Of a stretch of 64,000 nucleotides of DNA, positions 1 through 9,288 are shown in pieces. Positions within the stretch are counted from its first letter, which is position 1; every line of letters starts with the position of its first letter. The stretch is from Bryobacteraceae bacterium. Its GTDB lineage: Bacteria; Acidobacteriota; Terriglobia; Bryobacterales; Bryobacteraceae. Under the pieces are notes generated by a model, which was given only the letters and a program-made list of their open reading frames with translations, was not told the origin of the DNA and ran no database searches. The position numbers and the translations under genes are program-made. The stretch spans positions 79,758 to 143,757 of the forward strand of contig CBDCAQ010000009.1 of NCBI GenBank assembly GCA_965214005.1, written 5' to 3'.

Positions 1-627
1 GCTCTCACGGGATTTCATCCGATCCTGCCCGCAGTTCTGACAACGTTCACAGACGTAATCGGACCAAGTGGACTGCGCGTAGGACAGTTTGTAGAAAAGC
101 TCGAGGGGTTAGGAGCGAAGCTGTTGGATGAAGTAGATGTGGCCCCTGGAGAGCCCCTGCTCGTGGTCTCTGCTACGGGGCAGACGCAAGCTGCTGTCGA
201 CATCGCGTTGGAGTTCAGCAGACGTTATCCCAAGAACCCCTTAGTCGTCATTGCATCTGAGATACAGGCAAGCACCGCCCCTGCGAAGCACTCATCGGGA
301 AAGACGCTTTACCATGTAGTCCAGGACGCGGAGCAAGGGTTTTTTCTCGATAACGGGATGCCGATGGGAGATGTGACGACCACAGTGTCAGGGCAGACCG
401 GGACCTACAGGGTCGCTCCGTTGTCCTCAATCGGAGCACTTTGTGTCATTCATTGTTTGAACGAACTTACGATTCGTATCCTGGACCAGCGAGGCATCAA
501 GCACCACGTTCTGGCGAACATGCATCTGCAGCAGACCCAGGACAACTACGATGCCTGGCTGATGGACCAACGGGAACGTTATGCAGGGGCGGTGTACAAC
601 CGCAGACTCAGGGGTGTTCGTTCTTGA
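1..627 (+). CDS. SIS-domain (UPF0309-like) sugar isomerase-domain protein, 5' end outside window
   Basis: Frame 1 has no stop from base 1 to the listed Met at 124, so the CDS enters from upstream. GEPLLVVSATGQT, HSSGKTLYH and LDNGMPMGD resemble the SIS/UPF0309 family as I recall it. Confidence 0.65.
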   Translation, partial: ALTGFHPILPAVLTTFTDVIGPSGLRVGQFVEKLEGLGAKLLDEVDVAPGEPLLVVSATGQTQAAVDIALEFSRRYPKNPLVVIASEIQASTAPAKHSSGKTLYHVVQDAEQGFFLDNGMPMGDVTTTVSGQTGTYRVAPLSSIGALCVIHCLNELTIRILDQRGIKHHVLANMHLQQTQDNYDAWLMDQRERYAGAVYNRRLRGVRS

Positions 628-1409
628 AAGCGCGGAGAGTTTTCCTTATTACGGGATCATCCGGGATAGGCGCTGAGACTGCCCGCCAGCTTGCGTCCGA
701 ATGCGTCTGTTTCTATCTGGTCGGGAATAACAGCAGCGATGGCAAGGCTTTGGTGGAGGACTTGCGTTCTAGAGGTTGCAGAGCCACCTTTCTTGCAGGG
801 GATCTCACTACCCCCGCTGTTGCGAGAGTAGCCGCAGAGCAGTGTGTTCATCAATTTGGGCGGATCGATGCTCTGTTTAATGTAGCCGGAATCAGTGGTC
901 GAAAGTTTGGTGATGGCCCTGTACACGAATGTACCGAAGAAGGCTGGGATGTAACACTCCAGACCAATGCCACGACACAGTATCGAATGTCGCGGGAGGT
1001 TGTTCGGGCTATGCTGAAACAACCTATCGGACCTTCCGGTGAGCGCGGCGTGATTTTGAATATGAGCAGTGTGCTGGCAATCGAACCGGATGCCCTGCAC
1101 TTTTCCACAATTGCCTATGCCGCGAGCAAGGGTGCCGTCCTTGCGATGACCCGCTCGATGGCAGCGTGCTACCTCAAAGATCGGATACGCGTAAACGCAA
1201 TTGCGCCAGGACTAGTTAGAACCGCAATGAGCGCAAGAGCTTCCGCAGACCCAGTGATTCTGGAGTACATGAAAATCCGTCAGCCACTCATCGAGGATCT
1301 AATTCCAGTAGAAGACGTTGCCAAGACGTGTGCGCACTTGTTGACCGATGCCTCGCGGTCGATCACTGGGCAGGTGGTAAGTGTAGATGCAGGCTGGGGA
1401 CTTGTTTAA
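624..1409 (+). CDS. short-chain dehydrogenase/reductase (SDR) family oxidoreductase
   Basis: Has the TGSSGIGAE cofactor motif, the YAASK catalytic Tyr-xxx-Lys and NAIAPG. TTG at 624 overlaps the upstream stop (TTGA). The longer 441 start would overlap the SIS CDS. Confidence 0.85.
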   Translation: MKARRVFLITGSSGIGAETARQLASECVCFYLVGNNSSDGKALVEDLRSRGCRATFLAGDLTTPAVARVAAEQCVHQFGRIDALFNVAGISGRKFGDGPVHECTEEGWDVTLQTNATTQYRMSREVVRAMLKQPIGPSGERGVILNMSSVLAIEPDALHFSTIAYAASKGAVLAMTRSMAACYLKDRIRVNAIAPGLVRTAMSARASADPVILEYMKIRQPLIEDLIPVEDVAKTCAHLLTDASRSITGQVVSVDAGWGLV

Positions 1410-1422
1410 GGGGAGATATTGC

Positions 1423-2754
1423 ATGAGCTATGTCTATAGCAAAGAATTGGCAGGAACAAGGAAGTATGATGTCATTGTAGTAGGTTCCGGCTCGGCTGGT
1501 TCCACTGCGGCGATCGCAGCAGGCAGAGCAGGAGCGAAAACGCTGCTCCTGGAAAGGCTGCCGTTCCTAGGTGGCACGAGCACCGCGGTACTCGACACCT
1601 TTTATGGCTTCTATAACCCTGGGAAGGAGAGTCGCAAGGTGGTCGCCGGTATCGCGGACGATGTTATGGCTGGACTGAAGCGTTACAGTTCATGGATTGA
1701 ACGGCCAAATACGCATGGGGCTGGCACTGGTGTTACTTACCATCCGGAGTATCTGAAGGTGGTCTGGGAACAGCTTGTTCAAGAGGCGGGCGTAGATATC
1801 CTTCTCAATGCCTGGGTTCAGGACGTGAAAGTGGTTGGCGACCGGGTTGAAGAACTTATCGTTGCCACAAAGATGGGGCTCTGGCGTTTCTCCGGCACAG
1901 TCATCATTGACGCGAGCGGAGATGCGGACATCTGTCATTTTGCGAAGGTAGGCTATGAACTGGCCGGCGATATGGATCCGGCGCAGACGCTTACGACCAC
2001 CTTCAAGTTGGTCAATGTAGACATGACTTTGCGGAATACAGTGAGTAAAGCTGATTTTCACGCACGTATGGCTGCAGCTGCGGACAGCGGCCTGTACCGA
2101 CTTCCACGAAAGGAGGGCAGCGATCACATCACACCCGTAGACAACATGACGGCCACCATCATGACCAGACTACCCTCCTTCTGCAAGTCTGATAGCGGGA
2201 TTGTGAATGCCACCGACCCGGACCTACTTTCGGCGGCTGAGATTGAAGGTCGCGCCCAGGCTTTGGAGTACATCCGTTTTCTGCGTGATAAGGTTCCCGG
2301 GTATGAAGGAGCGCAACTGTCTACCTTTGGAACGCAGATTGGTGTTCGCGAAACAAGACGGGTCTATGGAGATTATCGCTTGACGCGGCAGGACGTGCTT
2401 ACGGCAAAGCAATTTGACGATCAAATTGGACTTTGTGGTGCGCCCATCGAAGACCACCACGACGGGGCGGATACGACGTGGCAATACCTGCCCGAGGGGA
2501 AGTGTGTAGGCATCCCTTTCAGAACGTTGCTTCCCTGCGACAGTGACAACCTTATTGTTGCAGGCCGCTGCTTTTCTTCGACTCACGATGCTCACGCCAG
2601 CGTACGGTCCATGGCGCAATGCATGTGTATGGGACAGGCGGCCGGCACTGCTGCAGCGATGTCGGTTGCGCAGCATTCCTCGCCCCGGGAGCTTGACAGA
2701 TCCGGTCTGCGGGACAATCTTCGCGCTGGCGGCGCTATTCTGGAGCTCGACTAG
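1423..2754 (+). CDS. FAD-dependent oxidoreductase (FAD_oxidored-like)
   Basis: DVIVVGSGSAGSTAAIAAGRAG is a dinucleotide-binding motif. ATG at 1423 is preceded by AAGGGGAG. Confidence 0.8.
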   Translation: MSYVYSKELAGTRKYDVIVVGSGSAGSTAAIAAGRAGAKTLLLERLPFLGGTSTAVLDTFYGFYNPGKESRKVVAGIADDVMAGLKRYSSWIERPNTHGAGTGVTYHPEYLKVVWEQLVQEAGVDILLNAWVQDVKVVGDRVEELIVATKMGLWRFSGTVIIDASGDADICHFAKVGYELAGDMDPAQTLTTTFKLVNVDMTLRNTVSKADFHARMAAAADSGLYRLPRKEGSDHITPVDNMTATIMTRLPSFCKSDSGIVNATDPDLLSAAEIEGRAQALEYIRFLRDKVPGYEGAQLSTFGTQIGVRETRRVYGDYRLTRQDVLTAKQFDDQIGLCGAPIEDHHDGADTTWQYLPEGKCVGIPFRTLLPCDSDNLIVAGRCFSSTHDAHASVRSMAQCMCMGQAAGTAAAMSVAQHSSPRELDRSGLRDNLRAGGAILELD

Positions 2755-3732
2755 ATGAACAATGATTTTTTCCTTGGGGTGGATTGGGGAGGCACTCGGA
2801 TTAAATTGGGTGTGATCTCGCCGCGCGGGTCGCTTTTGCAACACACTATGCTGAATCCGGAGAACAATGCTCGCGCCGAGGAAATCTACCCAGAGATTGT
2901 CCGTAAGCTTCAACAGTTGATTGATCGCCCTGGCTCGCTGCTGGGCATAGGGCTGGGTTTGACAGGCCCGACCGATCCAGATCGTGGCGTCGTGCTTCTG
3001 CCAGGGAAGGTCAATGGACTGGAAGGCTTTCCGCTGGTGCCTCTGCTCAAGAAGGAGTTCGGAGTTCCGGTGTGGGCCGACAACGATGGTCGCGTTGCGA
3101 TGTATGCGGAAAAATATGCGGGACTTGCGCGGGATCGCCGCTGGGCGGCGACTGTAACAATTGGGACAGGTGTTGGATCAGGCGTGATGCTGGACGGGAG
3201 GATTTTGAGCGATCCCCATCTGCAATTCGGTACACAGATCGGGCACCTGGTCATTGATCAGAGCGACGATCAACTCTGTCTGACTGGAGCGCGCGGAACA
3301 GGTGAAATGCTGTGCTCCGCGACTGCGTTGGTGCTGGCCATAAGAAGCGGCCTTCAACGTGGTATTCCGTCGACCCTTTCAGAGGGATACTGGGCTGATC
3401 CCCACAGCATCCATTTCCAGGCCATTATCGAGCAAGGAGTGGCTCTCGGTGATCGGCTCTGTGTCGACGAACTGAAAAGATGGACTGCACGTCTTGGGTG
3501 GATGCTGGTCAACGTGGTTCACGCCTACTCGCCTGAGGTCATCGTGCTGGCAGGAGGTGCTATGGCGGCAGCACCCTATTTCCTGGAAACATTGCAGTTC
3601 CACGTCTCTCAACATATCTTTCGCTATCCTGCAGGCGATCCAGTGCCGATCGTGATTTCTGAACTTGGGGATCACGTGGGTGTGATCGGGGCCGCGCTGA
3701 TGGTCCAGGAGCGACTTCACGCGTCAGGGTGA
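2755..3732 (+). CDS. ROK-family sugar kinase
   Basis: The ATG directly abuts the upstream stop (TAGATG). It has the GVDWGGT phosphate-1 motif and a DNDGRVAMYAE ROK-like signature. Confidence 0.8.
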   Translation: MNNDFFLGVDWGGTRIKLGVISPRGSLLQHTMLNPENNARAEEIYPEIVRKLQQLIDRPGSLLGIGLGLTGPTDPDRGVVLLPGKVNGLEGFPLVPLLKKEFGVPVWADNDGRVAMYAEKYAGLARDRRWAATVTIGTGVGSGVMLDGRILSDPHLQFGTQIGHLVIDQSDDQLCLTGARGTGEMLCSATALVLAIRSGLQRGIPSTLSEGYWADPHSIHFQAIIEQGVALGDRLCVDELKRWTARLGWMLVNVVHAYSPEVIVLAGGAMAAAPYFLETLQFHVSQHIFRYPAGDPVPIVISELGDHVGVIGAALMVQERLHASG

Positions 3733-3759
3733 ATGCCTGCCACCCTGGCATCACGCAAA

Positions 3760-4761
3760 TCAAATCTTTGCCGCTTCTGCCGCTCCTGCACTGAGCTGGA
3801 CGGACCCGGCAACGAAAGAAAATGCGGCTGCTGGATTCTTTTCAAAGAGACTTTGGATCTGCTCGTCGTGGAAACCTTCTCGTTTCAGTCTGGGGATAAA
3901 GCTGCGCAACAGATAAGCGACGCCGGGCCCCCCTCCGTATGCCTTCCAATAGGATCGACGTGCGTTATCGCCGCCCAGCAGTATGTTGCCGCCACAGCTC
4001 AGATCAAACATCTTACGAATCAGGTCGATGATGGTTGACTCGGGAAAGTACTTCACGCGGCCCGGGCAATCGTACTCTATGAACGCTCCAGTCTGAGCCA
4101 CATCACGATGCACAAACCAATCGGGGTTGCGATCGCCGTGGGAGATGACGACGTGTTCAGGCGCGACTCCGAGAGCGCTGAGCAACTCTACCTGCTCCAT
4201 CATCATGGTTCCCATCTCACTGTGCGTGAGAATGGGAACTCCAGTCTGCTGATGAACCAAGGCCGCAGCTTCAAACGCTTTGACCGTGGCTGGGTGAATC
4301 TTCTGGTAATCGGAGCCTACTTTTACGATCCCTGCACGAGCTGCCGAGCGCCTGACGATTGGACCCTCATTTGCGGACAGCTCCATTCCCACTTGAACTT
4401 CGGACCTCCACAGGTCGGCGATTTGTTCGACGGAGTAGTGGAAGCGCCAATGCGAGTCAAGATAATAGCTTTCCTTGTGGACACCAGACGCGCCGATGAT
4501 GTGCACTCCTGTACTCTGGGCAACCTGAATCAACGTCTCTGGCTCTCGGCCAATACCGCAGGGAGTACAGTCCACTATTGTTGAACCACCTGCGCTTACA
4601 AAGTCGCGAATTTCTTCCACGGCTTTCGACACGTCATTCAGACGGTAGTCAGGGTGCTGCACGGTGATCAGTCCTCCCCCGATTGCCAGGTGTTCATGCG
4701 CGTTAACTACGCCCAGGGTGGCAGAGTCTATGTCACCCAACACCGTTCTAGCGAAGGCCAT
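3760..4761 (-). CDS. phosphotriesterase-related (PTE/amidohydrolase-fold) protein, possibly a lactonase
   Basis: An N-terminal NAHEHL metal-binding motif and TIVDCTPCGIGR are typical of the PTE family. ATG at 4761 follows AAGGAGTGAGGAAA; the GTG at 4770 has no spacing to the RBS. Confidence 0.75.
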   Translation of the reverse strand: MAFARTVLGDIDSATLGVVNAHEHLAIGGGLITVQHPDYRLNDVSKAVEEIRDFVSAGGSTIVDCTPCGIGREPETLIQVAQSTGVHIIGASGVHKESYYLDSHWRFHYSVEQIADLWRSEVQVGMELSANEGPIVRRSAARAGIVKVGSDYQKIHPATVKAFEAAALVHQQTGVPILTHSEMGTMMMEQVELLSALGVAPEHVVISHGDRNPDWFVHRDVAQTGAFIEYDCPGRVKYFPESTIIDLIRKMFDLSCGGNILLGGDNARRSYWKAYGGGPGVAYLLRSFIPRLKREGFHDEQIQSLFEKNPAAAFSFVAGSVQLSAGAAEAAKI

Positions 4762-4783
4762 TTTCCTCACTCCTTTGATTTAG

Positions 4784-4938
4784 TTATGATGTCATATTGT
4801 ATTATCCGCTAGCAAGTGCAACCTGCACTTTGCTACTTTCTTGACAGTTGCGCATTGCACCGATTAGTCTGCCCCCTTGTGGGTACATTATGCGGGGTCG
4901 GTCTATCGCTCTATACACGCAAAGATTATGACGTCATG
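4784..4938. promoter_or_regulatory. divergent promoter region with two copies of a TTATGAYGTCAT palindromic motif
   Basis: TTATGATGTCATA lies at 4784-4796 and TTATGACGTCATG at 4926-4938. The second contains the perfect palindrome ATGACGTCAT. Both sit between the divergent PTE-like and transporter genes. Confidence 0.3.
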
Positions 4939-5053
4939 TTTTGGCGTTGATGAATATGAGCAGGTGGATTCTGCAGGCTCTTGCGGTCGGCGGCGTCAGA
5001 CACCGGTTCTACAAGTCAAGGGCCCAATTGCGACATAACGTTAGGAGAAAGCC

Positions 5054-6043
5054 TTGTTTCAGCCACAAAGTTACGCACTCGCTCTAACCTTGATGATGGT
5101 GAGCATGTTGTGCTGGGGTTCATGGGCGAACACGCTGAAGGCCTGCCCCGGATACCGATTTCAACTCTTTTACTGGGATTACGTCCTGGGGCTGATTGCC
5201 GGTGCTTTGTTATGGGGGCTTACGCTTGGTAACGTGGGAGGAGCAGGCGTGGGTTTTATCTCAGACGTTCTGCACGCAAACCCCTGGGCGATTACTTTCG
5301 CCGCGTTGGGAGGTGTGATCTTCAACGTGGCCAACCTTCTGCTGGTAGGAGCTATTGAGGTGGCCGGGCTTGCCGTGGCGTTTCCCGTGGGCATTGGGCT
5401 GGCGCTGGTCGTGGGAGCCCTGAGCAGCTACATCATTGCTCCGGGAGGCGATCCCCTGCTGCTTTTTGGTGGGATAGCGCTGGTGGTCGCCGCTATTGTC
5501 TGCGATGCGCTGGCGTACCGTTTACGCGAGCAGGATCGCAAGGCGGTGAGCAGCCGCGGCGTGGTCATCAGCCTTCTGGCGGGACTGCTCATGGGGAGCT
5601 TCTATCCGTTTGTATCGCGCGCCATGACAGGGCCCCGTGGACTTGGCCCGTACAGCACAACCCTGTTCTTCTCGCTGGGCGTGGCTCTGTGTGCGCTTCC
5701 TGTCAATTACCTGTTTATGCGGAAGCCGTTGACTGGGGGATCGGCGGTGGAGTTTTCCGGGTACCGCACGGCGATGTTTTCATGGCACGTCTGGGGCATA
5801 GCGGGAGGAGTGATCTGGTGCACAGGAGCGGTGTTCAATTTTGTAGCTTCCCGTGCGAATGTGGTGGGGCCAGCGGTCTCTTACTCGATCGGACAGGGAG
5901 CGACGATGATTTCGGCGGTCTGGGGCGTGTTTATTTGGCGAGAATTTGAGGGGGCACCCGCAAAGGCCCGCAAGTTCCTAGTTTGGATGTTCATTTTGTT
6001 CGTCTGTGGATTGACGTCCATTGCGCTCGCGCCGGTATTCTGA
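5054..6043 (+). CDS. multi-pass membrane sugar transporter (GRP/DMT-like)
   Basis: About 10 hydrophobic segments. The N-terminal LCWGSWANT resembles the glucose/ribose-uptake (GRP) family. The TTG start is preceded by AGGAGA. Confidence 0.6.
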   Translation: MFQPQSYALALTLMMVSMLCWGSWANTLKACPGYRFQLFYWDYVLGLIAGALLWGLTLGNVGGAGVGFISDVLHANPWAITFAALGGVIFNVANLLLVGAIEVAGLAVAFPVGIGLALVVGALSSYIIAPGGDPLLLFGGIALVVAAIVCDALAYRLREQDRKAVSSRGVVISLLAGLLMGSFYPFVSRAMTGPRGLGPYSTTLFFSLGVALCALPVNYLFMRKPLTGGSAVEFSGYRTAMFSWHVWGIAGGVIWCTGAVFNFVASRANVVGPAVSYSIGQGATMISAVWGVFIWREFEGAPAKARKFLVWMFILFVCGLTSIALAPVF

Positions 6044-6066
6044 CGGCGCAAGTTGGAGGAGTAGAG

Positions 6067-7011
6067 ATGCAGTCAAAAAAGAAGCCGGCCATCGTAATAG
6101 GCAGCATCAACATGGACCTAGTGGCCAACTCCCCGTGCCTGCCTACGCCGGGGCAAACGGTTCTCGGCACGAATTTTAGGACTTATCCAGGAGGAAAAGG
6201 AGCGAATCAAGCTGTAGCGATTGCGCGGCTTGGATATCCGGTTTCGATGATAGGGCGGGTTGGAAACGATGCATTTGGCGCGGAGTTGAGAGCCGGTCTG
6301 GCCATGGCCGGTGTCGACGTCAAAGGCGTTCTGAGCACCGAAAGCGCGTCAGGCGTGGCCCTGATTGTTGTCGCAGAGCGCGGTGAAAACAGCATCGTCG
6401 TTGCGCCGGGGGCGAACGCAGCGCTGTCACCAGACGACCTGGATGCGAACCTTACTTTGATTCGCTCCGCCGGGCTTGTGCTCACCCAACTAGAGACTCC
6501 GCTGGAAACCCTGCAGCATCTGGCGCGGTTGTGCAGGCGAGAAGGTTTACCGCTGATACTGGATCCTGCACCGGCGCTTGAGCTGCCGAGCGACGTCATG
6601 CATTCCGTTGCCTGGTTTACTCCAAACGAATCCGAGGCGGCTTTTTACGCGGGTGTGGATCACGGTTCGAACTCCCTGGTATCGTGCGCGCTGCGGAGAA
6701 GGGGGCCAGCCGGAGTCGTGTTGAAGCTGGGGTCGCGCGGCGCATTCCTGGATGACGGAGCTGGGGCGCCGTCTACGGTCAGTGCTTTTGCAGTGAACGT
6801 TGTGGACACCACCGCGGCCGGCGATTGCTTCAATGGAGCCTTCGCTGTGGGTCTACTCGAAGGCAAGACTTCCGCTGAAAGTGCGCGGTTTGCTGCAGCG
6901 GCTGCAGCAATTTCCGTGACCCGCAGCGGAGCGCAGACTTCCATGCCGGATCGCGCGGAAGTCGACGCGCTGCTGAATCGCACAGAATCACCGGAAGTGG
7001 AGAAGAGATGA
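6067..7011 (+). CDS. rbsK: ribokinase / PfkB-family sugar kinase
   Basis: GGKGANQAVAIARLG and DTTAAGDCFNGAF are the two PfkB/ribokinase signatures. ATG at 6067 follows GGAGGAG. Confidence 0.8.
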   Translation: MQSKKKPAIVIGSINMDLVANSPCLPTPGQTVLGTNFRTYPGGKGANQAVAIARLGYPVSMIGRVGNDAFGAELRAGLAMAGVDVKGVLSTESASGVALIVVAERGENSIVVAPGANAALSPDDLDANLTLIRSAGLVLTQLETPLETLQHLARLCRREGLPLILDPAPALELPSDVMHSVAWFTPNESEAAFYAGVDHGSNSLVSCALRRRGPAGVVLKLGSRGAFLDDGAGAPSTVSAFAVNVVDTTAAGDCFNGAFAVGLLEGKTSAESARFAAAAAAISVTRSGAQTSMPDRAEVDALLNRTESPEVEKR

Positions 7012-9182
7012 AGACCCTGTCTGTCTTGAGTGGGATGTTGGCATGGATGTGCGTGAACGTGGGGGTTGCCCAGGATACAAAGTATCCAAGCCGCGACAAC
7101 CTGATCCCAGGCCCGGCCTGCATGGAGTCAGCGGGCCTTCAGATTGGGTACAACGCATGTACACCGGCTGATCTGAAGGAATGGCGCAAAGACATTTTCC
7201 ACTGGCGGGACGAAACCCGCATTCGCGCGGGTTACTCCGATGCGGAGTACCGGCGGCCGGAGCTGGCATGGGCGCAGAGCAGCTACATGCAGCCACAGAT
7301 GATGGCGGAAGACCGCTTCTTTTATGACCCCGCCACCCGCAAGTACACCGTGGATCGATATCTGGACGACATGGACAAGCGCATAGGCGGCATTGATAGT
7401 GTGCTTATCTGGCAAAGCTACCCGAATATCGGCATTGACAGCCGCAGCCAGTACGACCTGCTGCGGTCTATGCCGGGAGGACTGGCCGCACTGAGGTTAG
7501 TTGTAAGCGACTTCCACAAGCGCGGTGTACGCGTGCTGTTTCCCATGATGATGTGGGACCAGGGAACGCACTCCGAAGGCGAAGCAAACTGGGAGTCGAC
7601 CGCGAAGATCATGGCGGAGATTGGGGCCGATGGTGTAAATGGCGACACCATGGACGGCATACCGAAGGCCTTTCGAGATGCATCAGACAGGACGGGCCAT
7701 CCGCTGGTGTTCGAGCCCGAAGGGTACCCGAAAACACCGGAGATGTTCGCGTACAACAACATGAGCTGGGGATATTGGAGATACCCGTTCAACGTGCTGG
7801 TGAGCCAAGGCAAGCTGATTGAGCCGCGGCACATGATCAACGTCTCCGACCGGTGGAACCGCAGCAAGACCGACAACCTGCAGTTTGCCTTCTTCAACGG
7901 CGTTGGCCTGGAAACATGGGAAAACGTCTGGGGTATATGGAACGGCTTTACGCCTCGGGGCGCCGAGACGATTCGAAGAGTGGGGATGGTGGAGCGGGCT
8001 GTGGCTCCGTTCCTGATCAGCCAGGACTGGGAGCCGCTGACGCCCACACTGCAGTTCGGCGTGTTTGCAACGCGCTGGCCGCTGGCCGGCGAGCAGGTGT
8101 ACACGGTCGTGAACCGCAATGAGTACAGCGTGACCGGACCGCAGCTGAAGGTGGCGTATACACCCGGGATGCGCTTCTTTGACCTGTGGCACGGAACGGA
8201 GTTGAAACCGGTTCAACAAGGCGGAGAGGCGATGCTGAGCTTCGACATGGAAGGGCATGGCTTTGGGGCGGTTCTGGTGTCCGCAGAAGCCCCGAACCAG
8301 ATCATGACGGCATTGATGAAGACGAGCAGCCGGTGGTCTGCGGAGCCGCTGAACAGCCTGAGCGACGAGTGGAAGCCGCTGCCTCAGCAAATGATAGCCA
8401 TCGGGAAGACCTCCGTACCCCGGTCCGCACCACAAGGCATGGTGAAGATTCCGGCAGGGGAGTTCCTGTTTCGCGTTGACGGTCTGGAGATAGAGGGGGA
8501 CAACTGGGCGGGGATTGATGTGCAATATCCGTGGGAAGACATTGCGCGGCGCCATCACCTGCATGTTGTCACAACGAAAACCTACTGGATGGACCGCTAT
8601 CCGGTAACCAACGCGGAGTTCAAGAGCTTCATCCTGGCCACGCATTATCATCCGGCCGATGACTTCAACTTCCTGAAGGACTGGAAAGGAACAGACTTCC
8701 CGAAAGGTTGGGAGAACAAGCCGGTGACGTGGGTGTCGCTGGAAGACGCGCGAGCTTACGCGACCTGGGCAGGTAAGCGCCTGCCCCATGAATGGGAGTG
8801 GCAACGCGCCGCGCAAGGAAGCGATGAGCGGGTCTACCCCTGGGGCAATGCATGGAAAGCGTCAGCGGTCCCTACGCCCGTACAGGCCCGCGACCTGACG
8901 GCGCCGGACCAAGTGGACGCACACCCCGAAGGCGCCAGCCCCTTCGGCGTGATGGACATGGTAGGAAACGTCTGGCAGTGGACTGACGAGTTTCAAGACG
9001 AGCACACGCGCGCCGCGATCCTTCGGGGAGGAAGCTACTATCAACCGCAGGGTTCGTCGTGGTACTTCCCCAAAGCATTCAAGAACACTGAGCATGGGAA
9101 GTATCTGTTGATGTCTCCCGCCAAGGACCGCGCGGGTACGGTAGGCTTTCGATGCGTCATGGATGGAGCTGACAAGAATTGA
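7008..9182 (+). CDS. secreted two-domain protein: N-terminal glycosidase-like (TIM-barrel-like) region fused to a C-terminal FGE-sulfatase/SUMF1 fold
   Basis: The start overlaps the rbsK stop (ATGA). Signal peptide is MKTLSVLSGMLAWMCVNVGVAQD. The C-terminal YWMDRYPVTNAEF, PVTWVSLEDARAYATWAGKRLPHEWEWQRAA, RGGSYY and GFRCV are classic FGE-sulfatase motifs. Confidence 0.7.
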   Translation: MKTLSVLSGMLAWMCVNVGVAQDTKYPSRDNLIPGPACMESAGLQIGYNACTPADLKEWRKDIFHWRDETRIRAGYSDAEYRRPELAWAQSSYMQPQMMAEDRFFYDPATRKYTVDRYLDDMDKRIGGIDSVLIWQSYPNIGIDSRSQYDLLRSMPGGLAALRLVVSDFHKRGVRVLFPMMMWDQGTHSEGEANWESTAKIMAEIGADGVNGDTMDGIPKAFRDASDRTGHPLVFEPEGYPKTPEMFAYNNMSWGYWRYPFNVLVSQGKLIEPRHMINVSDRWNRSKTDNLQFAFFNGVGLETWENVWGIWNGFTPRGAETIRRVGMVERAVAPFLISQDWEPLTPTLQFGVFATRWPLAGEQVYTVVNRNEYSVTGPQLKVAYTPGMRFFDLWHGTELKPVQQGGEAMLSFDMEGHGFGAVLVSAEAPNQIMTALMKTSSRWSAEPLNSLSDEWKPLPQQMIAIGKTSVPRSAPQGMVKIPAGEFLFRVDGLEIEGDNWAGIDVQYPWEDIARRHHLHVVTTKTYWMDRYPVTNAEFKSFILATHYHPADDFNFLKDWKGTDFPKGWENKPVTWVSLEDARAYATWAGKRLPHEWEWQRAAQGSDERVYPWGNAWKASAVPTPVQARDLTAPDQVDAHPEGASPFGVMDMVGNVWQWTDEFQDEHTRAAILRGGSYYQPQGSSWYFPKAFKNTEHGKYLLMSPAKDRAGTVGFRCVMDGADKN

Positions 9183-9288
9183 CGTTCAGCAATGCGCGCA
9201 GAAGTGGGGCTTGAGCTGGACCTGCCGCACCTTCCGGCACACATAGGCTGCAGGGAAAGCTGTGCAATGCAAGCGCCGGAAATGAGTG

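Noticed and set aside
441-623. Long N-terminal extension of the SDR ORF starting at 441
   Set aside because: It overlaps the 3' end of the SIS-domain CDS in another frame. The SDR Rossmann motif begins right after the TTG at 624, which is coupled to the upstream stop.
7683-8816. 377-aa ORF antisense to the FGE-fusion gene, and similar long antisense ORFs elsewhere (35995-37035, 39920-40738, 54414-55454, 57345-58038)
   Set aside because: They lie entirely inside well-supported genes on the opposite strand. They have Arg/Gly/Pro-rich low-information composition and no recognisable motifs. These are typical shadow ORFs of GC-rich DNA.
7008-9182. Possible diversity-generating retroelement target, because FGE/C-type-lectin folds are common DGR variable proteins
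   Set aside because: There is no reverse transcriptase gene in the window, no template-repeat copy of the C-terminal region, and no adenine-specific variable pattern in the C-terminal codons.
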